The notes under the pieces: model-generated
Told to the model about the DNA's origin: nothing
Seen by the model: only the letters and a program-made list of their open reading frames with translations
The model's database searches: none
Program-made: the position numbers and the translations under genes
Assembly: GCA_965225855.1 (NCBI GenBank)
Contig: CBDDCK010000005.1
Span: forward strand, 96,001-160,000
Direction of reading: 5' to 3'
DNA length: 64,000 nt
Source of the DNA: Spirochaetia bacterium
GTDB lineage: Bacteria; Spirochaetota; Spirochaetia; SP-2023
In this document: piece after piece, positions 30,601 through 39,149 of the stretch
How the letters are laid out: each line of letters begins with the position of its first letter
How positions within the stretch are numbered: the stretch's first letter is position 1

Positions 30601-31450
30601 GTGCTTTGTCGTTGTTATCGGTATATAAGCCAATGGCCTGACTAAAATCCGCTATTGCGGTCTGGTATTGTTTTTGTTCGCTGTAGGCATTGCCTCTGTT
30701 GCTATAGGCTTTGGCTTTGTCGTTGTTATCGGTGTATAAGCCAATGGCCTGACTATAATCCGCTATCGCTTGTGGGTACTTTTTTTGTTCGCTGTAGGCA
30801 AGTCCTCTGCCGTTATAGGCCTTGGCTTTGTCGTTGTTATCGGTATATAAGCCAATCCCTTGTGTATAGTCCGCTATCGCTTGTGGGTATTTTGCTGTTT
30901 TACAGTAGGCATTGCCTCTGTTGTCATATACCTTGGCTTTGTCGTTGTTATCGGTATATAAGCCAATGGCCTGGGTATAGTCTGCTATCGCTAGCTTGTA
31001 TTTTTCTTGTTTCCCATAAGTAAGGCCTCTGTTGAGATAGGCCTTGGCTTTGTTGTTGTTATCGGTGTATAAGCCAATGGCCTGACTAAAATCCGCTATT
31101 GCGGGCTCGTATTGTTTTTGTTTCTCATAAGCATTGCCTCTGTTGTTATAGGCCTTGGCTTTGTCGTTATTATCCGTGAATAGCTCAATGGCCTGTGTGT
31201 AGTCCGCTATCGCTTGTGGGTATTTTGCTGTTTTAAAGTACGCATTGCCTCTGTTGAAATACGGCTTGGCTTTGTCGTTGTTATCTTTGTATAAGCCAAT
31301 GGCCTGGGTATAATCCGCTATCGCTAGCTTGTGTTCTCCTTGTTCGCTGTAGGCATTGCCTCTGTTGAAATACGCCTTTGTCCTCTGTTCATCTAAAAAG
31401 TTTGGGTCTTCAATAATCTGTGTATACTGTTCTATTTCACTGTTATTCAT
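27629..31450 (-). CDS. Large TPR-repeat protein (28 units) with C-terminal DUF2971-like domain (type Y)
   Basis: 28 AYxNRG-type units with a 111-bp period; C-terminal domain homologous to that of 23702-25534; GGAGG RBS. Confidence 0.88.
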   Translation of the reverse strand: MNNSEIEQYTQIIEDPNFLDEQRTKAYFNRGNAYSEQGEHKLAIADYTQAIGLYKDNNDKAKPYFNRGNAYFKTAKYPQAIADYTQAIELFTDNNDKAKAYNNRGNAYEKQKQYEPAIADFSQAIGLYTDNNNKAKAYLNRGLTYGKQEKYKLAIADYTQAIGLYTDNNDKAKVYDNRGNAYCKTAKYPQAIADYTQGIGLYTDNNDKAKAYNGRGLAYSEQKKYPQAIADYSQAIGLYTDNNDKAKAYSNRGNAYSEQKQYQTAIADFSQAIGLYTDNNDKAQAYNGRGSAYSEQGEYEPAIADFTEAIERYTDNNHKAQAYFNRGNAYCKTAKYPQAIADFTEAIERYTDNNHKAQAYFNRGNAYEKQQKYELAIADYTQAISLSSDNNHKAKVYHNRGNAYCKTAKYPQAIADFTEAIEQYTDNNHKAQAYFNRGNAYEKQQKYPQAIADYSQAISLSSDNNHKAKAYSNRGNAYLQQQKYPQAIADCSQAISLSSDNNDKANAYSNRGNAYLQQQKYPQAIADYTQAISLSSDNNDKAKAYYNRGLTYHKQGEYPQVIEDFTQAIELATNNNDKAKAYSNRGAAYLQQQQYPQAIADCTQAIGLSSDNNDKAKAYYNRGLTYHKQGEYPQAIEDFTQAIELATNNNDKANAYSNRGAAYLQQQKYPQAIADCTQTISLSSDNNDKAKAYSNRGNAYLQQQKYKLAIADFTEAIELSTDNNIQAKAYSNRGNAYEKQQKYPQAIADFTRAIGLSSDNNDKAKVYTNRGAIYGEQEKYELAIADFTEAIELSTDNNIQAKAYSNRGNTYEKQQKYPQAIADYTQAISLSSDNNHKAQVYSNRGNAYKKQKQYELAIADYTQAIGLYTDNNHKAQAYSNRGNAYLQQQKYPQAIADCSQAIGLATNNQTKAKAYSNRGNAYLQQQKYPQAIADCSQAIGLATNNQTKAKAYSNRGNAYCKTAKYPQAIADCSQAIGLATNNQTKAQAYNNRGNAYCKTAKYPQAIADFSQAIGLQADYAQAYWNRGNTYAVMQQHKKAKQDFEQAITTQCQKAKDTDTTIIGYKFQPMNKNTISLLVQGQVYFSDIASLNDRLECPFLDMDNNYREVFQNTYQPRIFFLSVPLAEHQPNEHGIYTDIVNNTLLFSHYADSHRGICIEYQIERQFLQQGQILYAPVQYSTDTQPHSIENLFAIKEPKWQYEHEGRFIAFGQRQDKKLPPGIYGGAKIQKIIFGLKTPKEDKRLLCQLLPDIQFFETTSKPESLFTLEFTKYTP

Positions 31451-31572
31451 GGTTTCCTCCGTTGTAAAAGTTTTCGCTTAGGGCTATTTGTTGGGGGCTG
31501 CAGCTAAAGCGGCTATCGCCCCGTTTGCTGTAGAGCTTTTCAGTATGCTAGGCTTAGGGGCTGGCTTTGCAT
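31451..31572 (-). pseudogene. mod: Internally deleted mod gene (first ~12 codons fused to last ~30 codons)
   Basis: MQSQPLSL... followed in another frame by YSKRGDSRFSCSPQQIALSENFYNGG. Confidence 0.85.
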
Positions 31573-31601
31573 GGATTTCTCCTATTGGGTTGTAGTGTAT
31601 C

Positions 31602-31674
31602 AGTATAATTGATTTGCCTACAGAGGTAAAGCTCTCTGCGTATTTAGGGCGGGCGCTTTGCGTATTGAGCCGGG
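31602..31674 (-). promoter_or_regulatory. Cassette promoter plus two degenerate 22-bp repeats
   Basis: TTTACC-17-TATACT; repeats at 31631-31674. Confidence 0.65.
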
Positions 31675-31686
31675 CCGGGCCGCAAG

Positions 31687-34078
31687 TTAGCGGTAAGGAA
31701 TACTGCTTTTATATATGGCCGGCTCTTCCAGTTTGGGGAATTTATTACCCTTTTTGTATAGTTGCAAAAGATAGTTTATATATAACCGCTCGGCCTTGCT
31801 GGCCTTAGGGGCCGTTAGTACCGCACATAGCTTATTTAGTTTATCGGTTTCTATATAAATATAGGGCACGCTCTTGGTCTCTATATCTTGTAATTGTTCG
31901 CTCTGGAGTATCTCGGGGATATGTTCTGTGCCGGCAAAACACACAAAACGGTATTCTTGTTCGTGGGCATAGCTTTTGTCTTTAATCAAATAGCGTATGC
32001 CGCTTAGTAACTCTAAGCATTTGTGGTATATATCAAGGTTATATTTAGGGTCTTTTGTTATATTTGCAAGTCCCTTTTCTATATTTTCTATCATTTTATC
32101 TATAGGCTTTTTATCATTTGCTTTTGTATTTTCTGGCTTTTGAACATAGTGGACTTTATACAATATCTGTGGGGGAATTTCTTTTTTTATGCTTTTTTTA
32201 CTTTGTAAGACTGAAGAAACCTCATTGTTTTCTAGGCTATTGTCTCCACTCTGTTTGAATGTGGCAGGTTGAAAATTAGATATTCCCTGCGTTTGTTCGC
32301 TATATCCCACATGCCCTGGCCCCTTGTAAGCCAAGTCTTTTGTTTGAAAGAGCAAGGCAATACCTTGGGCATTATCGCCGTACATACTCCATATGGGCAA
32401 ACGGTCTAAGGCTTCGGGTGTTTGGCCACCACAAAAGCTGGCCACCATTACATAGGGTATATCGGCACTGTCTTCTATTTGTTCGGGCGCAATGCCTAAG
32501 TGGTCCAATAGCACCATTCCTTCGGTGGGGTCGTTGGCATAGGCAATATGGTACATGCGCAATTTGCCTAGCTCCGGTTCTGTGTCGTTGTGTATCGGCA
32601 CAAGAAACTTAGTAAATACCGATAGTTTGGTTGTATGGGAAAGGTAGTTTACACTGTCTTTAGATTTGTCTTGTGCCTTATCTTTAGAGTCTTTGCTTAC
32701 CTTTAATTCGTCTAATATTTGGTGAACACTTTCAAAGATAGCAAAGATATTTTGGGCAATACTATCTTCATTAAATATTTTTTCTTTATATGTTGCTATA
32801 TCTTCACTAGATATGCCGTACCGTAAAGCCATATTGAGATCATTGATACTATTTAAGTAGTCTTGATTTCTAAGGTAAAGAACCGCTCTATTTAAGTAGT
32901 TTAGTCCATAATAAGGGTCTAGTTCTATTACCTTTGTATAATCATCTAGGGTTTGTTTTAAGTTTTTATTGTATGGCATAAACAGAACCCCTGCCAGCAT
33001 ATGCTTTTGCTTTGATTTTATTATCCGTAGCTAGCTCAATCGCTTGGGTAAAGTCCGCTATGGCCGTCTCGTATTTTCTTTGTCTTTCGTAAGCAGTTCC
33101 TTTATCAATATATGCCATTGCTTTAAGGTTATCATCTACAGCTAGCCCAATGGCTTTTTCAAATTCCGCTATCGCTTCTTCATACTGTTTTTGCTGTCTA
33201 TAAGCAAGGCCTCTGTTATAATACGCAACTGCTTTGTTGTTATCATTTGTATCTAGCGCAATAACTTGCGTATATTCTGCTATGGCTTCTGCGTATTTTT
33301 TTTGTTCTAAGTACGCAATTCCTATGTTGCCATACGCAACTGCTTTGCCGTTGTTATCCGTAAATAGCTCAATGGCCTCTGTAAAATCCGCTATCGCTAG
33401 CTCGTATTCTCTTTGTTCTCCGTACGCATTGCCTCTGTTGATATACGCAATTGCTTTGCCGTTGTTATCCGTGAATAACTCAATCGCCTCTGTAAAATCG
33501 GCTATCGCTAGCTGGTATTCTTTTTGTTTTAAGTACGCAACGCCCCTACTTCCATACGCCTTTGCTTTGTCGTTGTTATCCGTATATCGCTCAATAGCTT
33601 GGGTAAAATTATCTATCGCTTGTTCGTATTCTCCTTGTTCTTCGTAATAAAAGCCTCTAACAAGATACTCCCCCGCTTTTTGTTCATTGTGTTTTGCTAA
33701 CTCAATGTTTTTTGTAGAATCCGCTTTTGCTTCTGCGTACTTTCCTTGTTTTTCGTAAGTAAATTTTCTGCAAACATATGCAAATGCTTTCGTACTATTA
33801 TCGGTAGCTAGCTCAATGGCCTTTGTGTGATTCGCTATCGCTTGTTCGTATTTTCTTTGTTCTTCATAAATAATGCCTATATTGGTATACGCCTGTGCTT
33901 TGTCGTTGTTATCCGTAAATAACTTAATGGCTTGGGTAAAATCCTCTATCGCTGGCTTGTATTCCTTTCGTTCCCTGTAAGCATTGCCTCTGTCGTTATA
34001 CGCCTCCCCCCTCTGTTCATTGGTAGAATTGGGGTTTTCAATAATCTGTGTGTATTGTTCTATTTCACGGTCGTTCAT
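31687..34078 (-). pseudogene. Frameshifted TPR plus DUF2971-like (type X) gene; ORFs 32966-34078 and 31687-33000
   Basis: Both termini are near-identical to 14707-17208. Removing one base at 32968 joins ...YAIQ to KNLKQTLDDYTKVIELDP, restoring a continuous TPR. Confidence 0.8.
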
Positions 34079-35961
34079 GCCTTATCTCCCTTGTAAAAAC
34101 TCTCGCTTAGGTTAATTTCTTTGTCTGTGCAATGAAAGCGGGTGTCCTTGCGTTCACTGTAGGGCACATATAATTGGTTTAGTTCCAAAAAGTCAATAAG
34201 CGCTTGCCTTTGATTTTCTAGGCTTAGGGCGGAAAAATCTTTTGCGCTCTGCCGTACCTCTTGGGTGTTTAGGCGGTAGTCTAAATCGGGGTTTTGTAGT
34301 AACTCTTGCTGTATTTGGGCAAGCTGCGCTTGGGTGCTGGCCTCGGTAATACGCTCTATAAAAGTTTGGTTGTGCGCTTTCAGCTCTAAATAGACAAAGC
34401 TGCCACCGCCTTGCCAAGCTACATTTTTGCTTATGCCGCCCTGTTCGCCGGCAATTACTTTGGTTAAGCGCTCTACCGCAATAGTTTGTATATAGTCCAT
34501 TTGTTCTATGCCGATATATTGCCTAGCCATTTTGTGGGCCACCGCCGCAGTCGTGCCACTGCCCAAACAAAAGTCCAAAACTAGGTCGCCGGGCTGGGTG
34601 GCGATCTCGATAATCCTTTGTAACAGCCCTTCCGGCTTGGGATAGGCAAAAGCACTATTAGAGCCAAAAATAAGTTCTATTTCTTTACTGCCTTGTTCAT
34701 TTGTTGCAACATCAATTAAAAGAGTATTAGGTATTTGCCCTTCATTATCTTTCAAAAAAACTTTTGCTCTTGGCATTCCTTCCCCGCCTCTAGGGATAAC
34801 GACTAAATTATCTTTTAAGTATTGATCATAAGTCTTTTGGGAAACTCTCCATCTTGCTTTAATTTTTCTGCCGTTTCTTAAATCTAATTCAAACTCTTTG
34901 TTAGGTGAGTTATCTGGTGAAGCAAGAGGTTTTGTCATCCATAAACCACGGGAATCATTATCAGGATTCTTATACATTTCTTTCACATACTCTTGTCGCA
35001 AAGGTATTCTATTTATTGATAAACTATTTTTACTCTTCGCAAATCCTAAAATATATTCATGTATAGGAGCAATCCACTTAGTTAGATTTGCTTGGGTTTT
35101 TCTTCTTTTATAAACTAAACTAGCAACAAAATTCTCCCGTCCAAAGACTTCGTCCATCAGCACCTTTAAATAAGCTTGTTCGTTGTCATCACACTGCACA
35201 AAAAGCACGCCATCGTCTCGCAGCAGCTCGCGCGCTATTTCCAGACGGTTTTTGATAAAGACTAGCCAAGTGCTGTGATTAAAGTTATCGTTGTACAAAA
35301 AGCTATCGTTGCCGGTGTTATACGGCGGGTCGATGTAGATCAGCTGTACTTTTTTGGCAAATTGTTCGTTGATGCTGTGCAACGCAATGAGGTTGTTGCC
35401 CTTGATAATCAAATTGTCGCTAATGGTGTTATCGCTTTTATTGCGTGTAAATTCCCTACATTCGCTTGGGCCCTCCTTAGTATAGCGGCGGGCATTGGTA
35501 AGCACCTTCGGCTCCAGCAAGCGGTCAAGTTCCTCTATCGCCAGTATGCGGTGGTAGTAGCGTTCGCTGCGTTTGGCATCGTCTTTGCATTGACCGCCCT
35601 CCAGTACACAGTCCTTAAACGGAAAGGCCAGTACAATATCCTTGTTTTTCTTTAGATAGTCGCGGTCGTCATGCAAGCCAATTTTGTTACGATAGGCGGT
35701 GTAGCTATTGGCCACAAAGCGTTTGTGCTGTATGTAGTCGATAAAATGGTCGCGCACAAATACCGTAACCCCGCCCTGTTCCAAGAAAAACGCCTTGCGC
35801 GCAGCCGTATCGGCAAACAACAATTCTAGCAAAGAACGGTCGCACTGCTGGGCTAGCTTATACAATAAAGCCGTGTTTAGCTCGCCCTCTTGGTCTAAAT
35901 AGTGGGGCTGGGCTTGTAGCAAAGCTTTTAAGGATTCTAGGCTTAGGGCTGGGGTCTTCAT
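34075..35961 (-). CDS. mod: Type III Mod methyltransferase, allele 4
   Basis: DPPY and FCLGSGT motifs; distinct TRD; start at ATG 35961 after GGGAG. Confidence 0.93.
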   Translation of the reverse strand: MKTPALSLESLKALLQAQPHYLDQEGELNTALLYKLAQQCDRSLLELLFADTAARKAFFLEQGGVTVFVRDHFIDYIQHKRFVANSYTAYRNKIGLHDDRDYLKKNKDIVLAFPFKDCVLEGGQCKDDAKRSERYYHRILAIEELDRLLEPKVLTNARRYTKEGPSECREFTRNKSDNTISDNLIIKGNNLIALHSINEQFAKKVQLIYIDPPYNTGNDSFLYNDNFNHSTWLVFIKNRLEIARELLRDDGVLFVQCDDNEQAYLKVLMDEVFGRENFVASLVYKRRKTQANLTKWIAPIHEYILGFAKSKNSLSINRIPLRQEYVKEMYKNPDNDSRGLWMTKPLASPDNSPNKEFELDLRNGRKIKARWRVSQKTYDQYLKDNLVVIPRGGEGMPRAKVFLKDNEGQIPNTLLIDVATNEQGSKEIELIFGSNSAFAYPKPEGLLQRIIEIATQPGDLVLDFCLGSGTTAAVAHKMARQYIGIEQMDYIQTIAVERLTKVIAGEQGGISKNVAWQGGGSFVYLELKAHNQTFIERITEASTQAQLAQIQQELLQNPDLDYRLNTQEVRQSAKDFSALSLENQRQALIDFLELNQLYVPYSERKDTRFHCTDKEINLSESFYKGDKA

Positions 35962-35989
35962 AGTTTCTCCCATTTGTTTATACTGTATA

Positions 35990-36150
35990 ACTATAATTTA
36001 TTTGCCTACAGTGGCCAAGCTCTCCCCGTATTTAAGGCGGGCTCTTCCCGTATTTGTCTAAAGCTCTTCCCGTATTTAAGGCGGGCTCTTCCCGTATTTG
36101 TCTAAAGCTCTTCCCGTATTTAGGGCGGGCGCTTCCCGTATTTAGCCGGG
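35990..36150 (-). promoter_or_regulatory. Cassette promoter plus six 22-bp repeats
   Basis: TTGGCC-17-TATAGT; repeats at 36019-36150 with core GCTCTTCCCGTATTT. Confidence 0.75.
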
Positions 36151-36246
36151 GCGCTTTTGGGGGATATATTTTAATTGATTTACCAAAATTTTACTATATC
36201 TAAGCTATAAATAAACCGAAATTGACTAGAATAGCAACTAAACACT

Positions 36247-36816
36247 ATGCATATACAACCAATACCTTGCTTGCAAAAATGGCTTTTGCCCTTGCTAATA
36301 CTAGCAATAACTCATGTGGGAATTTTGGCGCAGAATGAGCAAACCAAGAAACGCACCCCGACCCATAACAAAATGGCTAGTGCCTTTGACATTAGCTATG
36401 ACTTGCGAGGCTGTGAAGCCAGCTTTGAAATCATTTGGCAATACTACCAAAACTTAGCGGCCCAAAAAGGACTAGAAGGCAAAGGCCATGGTAAAACCTT
36501 TTCCGACTTTCAGATGTTGCAAACGGGCAAAGGCCTGGGGCGGTTTGCCTCACGGCAAGTAATACCCAACCGAATGCGTTTTGAACGCAATCTTGGTGCC
36601 AGCAAACAAACCTTTGCCATACTGCTTTGGCGCAAACGAGGCCGAGATAGAGCCTTTGTTTTCACCGTACAACGAAGCCTTGACCCCTATGGTAAAAACT
36701 ACTACCCCTTTACTATCTATGAAAGCTTTGCCTTCCCTTGGCCTCTTTGGAATAAACAAAACCCCAAAATTCGCTGTGATCAAGCGCTATTATGGCAAAG
36801 CATTCCCAAGCCATAG
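36247..36816 (+). CDS. Hypothetical exported protein, possibly truncated
   Basis: Signal-peptide-like N-terminus; the same frame stays open after the TAG until 37083. Confidence 0.55.
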   Translation: MHIQPIPCLQKWLLPLLILAITHVGILAQNEQTKKRTPTHNKMASAFDISYDLRGCEASFEIIWQYYQNLAAQKGLEGKGHGKTFSDFQMLQTGKGLGRFASRQVIPNRMRFERNLGASKQTFAILLWRKRGRDRAFVFTVQRSLDPYGKNYYPFTIYESFAFPWPLWNKQNPKIRCDQALLWQSIPKP

Positions 36817-37571
36817 GCTCTAAGCTTTCAAAAGGGTTTCCAAACACAAGACTTGGCCCTGCTTGAATTTATTTCTTTACAAACCCCCAAATTTGCATTT
36901 CGTCTGTACAGCCAAAATGCCGAACAACCCCAAACAACTGGGGTAGAAACACAAAATAACAACACGCCACTGCAAGCAGAAACCACCGTTTTACTCAATA
37001 TCGGCAGTGCCCAACAACTTTGCCAATGGCAAAACAATCTATGGGGAAAATGCCTTAGCCCATGGCCTATAGCCAGACAATAAAAATTAGATTGTCCTTG
37101 CAGCCTTTGAAAATGCCTATTGCGTCAATATTTTAGCCGAACAAAAACAAAATATACAAATTTCTGCCATGGTTATCTTTTGCTTAGAACCAGTGGCCCA
37201 GTGTTCCAGTGGCCCTAGCGAATGCCGATGAAGACTTTGATTCTACAGCTCTACAGTACTTGCGCAGATTGCGCCGCCAATGCATATCAGCGGCTTAGGG
37301 CTTAAAAATAAAGCTAGGCCAATTATAGGATAAAAATTAAATTATAACGAATATATGCCGAAAATTACGGTGTTCATCGTTTTATTACCCAATCTGTTTT
37401 GATAGAAACAATAGATTGCGTAAAGAATAGACTGGTTTATGCTATGCCTAGTAGCTTGTTATTCTCTATGAAAACTTTATAAAAATAACAATTTTAAAAT
37501 TTTCACAGAATACACAAACATTGTTATTTATTGCTTGTATGTTTTTATGTATAACTATTGAGGAGGCTATT

Positions 37572-37787
37572 ATGGCAAAAGAAGAAGCAATATCACTAGA
37601 AGGGATTGTAACCGAATCTCTTCCCAATACTACCTTTCGGGTAAAATTGGATAATGGTCATATGATTATGGCATATCTTTCGGGTAAGATGAAAAAATAT
37701 TATATCCGCATTGTTCCGGGGGACAAAGTTACAGTAGAACTATCTCCTTATGATTTAACCAAAGGCCGTATTGTCTACCGAGGTTAA
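37572..37787 (+). CDS. infA: Translation initiation factor IF-1
   Basis: [11 protein letters not shown]...[14 protein letters not shown]...SGKM...[29 protein letters not shown]. Confidence 0.98.
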   Translation: MAKEEAISLEGIVTESLPNTTFRVKLDNGHMIMAYLSGKMKKYYIRIVPGDKVTVELSPYDLTKGRIVYRG

Positions 37788-38086
37788 TTTTTTTTGTGAT
37801 AAAAATACTTGCCAATGATAGTGAAACTTTCTGTTGGGCATTTGTACTCCTCAATAGATTATTGAATTCAATTGAAATTGGATTGTGCTGAAATTCCAAA
37901 TTTTTTATTCATTGCCTACAATTTAGCAATGTCTCTTGTATTGTCTTTGGGATACCTATATGATGTGGCCCTGTTATTTTATTCATTGTCGCGATGCTCA
38001 TTGTGTTCAAATCAATCTACAGTATCTTGTGTTATTTTTAGTGTTTGCAGTATGATTTGCTAAATCGCAAGGAAGGCGTAACATTT

Positions 38087-39139
38087 ATGAAACAATCTCC
38101 ACAGTGTTTGTATTTTAATTTGATACTATGGCTTTTAGGCTTATTCTTGCCGTTTTTAGCATTTTTAACATTGTCTTCTTGTGCTTCAATTAAGCGCAAT
38201 GCCCTCAATTCAGTTGGGAAAATGTTTACTGCAAGCGATGGCAATGGCAATTCGTTCACTCGTGATGCAGACCCTATTTTGGTGGAAGATGCTTTGCCCA
38301 CGATGCTGAAGATGATTGAATTGATGCGTGATGCCGTCCCCGATAGCCCTGACTTAAACTTTGGTGCGGGCCAAATTGCTGTGATGTATGCTGGAGGCTT
38401 CCTACAACCGAAGATAGAGCAGATGAGCTCTTTTACGGAAAAAAAGAAATTGCAAATTCGCACTAAGGCGATGTATCTTCGAGGGCGTGATAGTATTCTG
38501 GAAGGTTTGCGCCAGCGTTACAAACGCAAGGGCTTTGACGAAAAGTTAAAAAATCAAAACCTTGATGACTTGATGGCTTTAATGACGGAAAACGATATTG
38601 CGTTTCTCTATTGGTGTGGCTTATCTTGGTTGGGTGCGTTTGCTTTGGACCCATTTGATTTTGAGCTATTGACTACTGTATCGCGCCCAATTTTGTTCCT
38701 TTGGCGGGCAATGCAAATTGACCCTGAATACGCTGCAGGTAGCTTACATACTTCAATGGTTACGGTAATGGGCTCGCTGCCCAGTTCTCAAGTTGCCGAG
38801 GCTATGAGCCATAGCGTAAATATGATAAAGCCTTTTTTTGAAGAATATTATCGCAGCCGAGGAATAGATGTGAGGGACAAGCGTTTGGTTGTTGAGCATC
38901 ATTTTAGTGAAAGCTTGCGCCTTTCTAATGGGCAAGACCCTAGCCTTTATGTAGCTATGGCCAATTGGGTTAAAGGCAACCAGAAAAAGCCAGATATGGA
39001 TAAAGGCCTTTTTAAAGAATATTTGGAAAAAGCCTTAGCTATCAATGCCGAGGAAAATATATCGAACCGTTTGTTGATTCTTATTTATCAACAGCAAGCA
39101 CAATATCTATTAGAAAAAATAGATGAATATTTCCTCTAG
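38087..39139 (+). CDS. tatT: TRAP-associated TPR lipoprotein TatT (Tp0956-like)
   Basis: Lipobox LSSC; DADPILVEDALP, YAGGFLQ and AMYLRGRD motifs; sits directly upstream of dctP. Confidence 0.8.
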   Translation: MKQSPQCLYFNLILWLLGLFLPFLAFLTLSSCASIKRNALNSVGKMFTASDGNGNSFTRDADPILVEDALPTMLKMIELMRDAVPDSPDLNFGAGQIAVMYAGGFLQPKIEQMSSFTEKKKLQIRTKAMYLRGRDSILEGLRQRYKRKGFDEKLKNQNLDDLMALMTENDIAFLYWCGLSWLGAFALDPFDFELLTTVSRPILFLWRAMQIDPEYAAGSLHTSMVTVMGSLPSSQVAEAMSHSVNMIKPFFEEYYRSRGIDVRDKRLVVEHHFSESLRLSNGQDPSLYVAMANWVKGNQKKPDMDKGLFKEYLEKALAINAEENISNRLLILIYQQQAQYLLEKIDEYFL

Positions 39140-39149
39140 GAGAATTTTT

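Noticed and set aside
28510..31023. Repetitive plus-strand ORFs opposite the TPR genes
   Set aside because: Antisense shadows of the 111-bp repeats.
27629..31450. Diversity-generating retroelement within the window
   Set aside because: No reverse transcriptase or non-coding template repeat is present here; kept only as a testable side hypothesis.
17205..35961. Classical SSR phase-variable modA (phasevarion)
   Set aside because: No tetra- or pentanucleotide SSR tract was seen in any mod ORF, and all four are in frame.
36019..36150. 22-bp arrays as mini-CRISPR
   Set aside because: The variable part is only 7 nt and is reused between units; no cas genes are present.
14707..36150. Complete type III R-M system, or integron cassette array
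   Set aside because: No res helicase/nuclease, no integrase and no attC-like structure was seen; the cassettes carry their own promoters.
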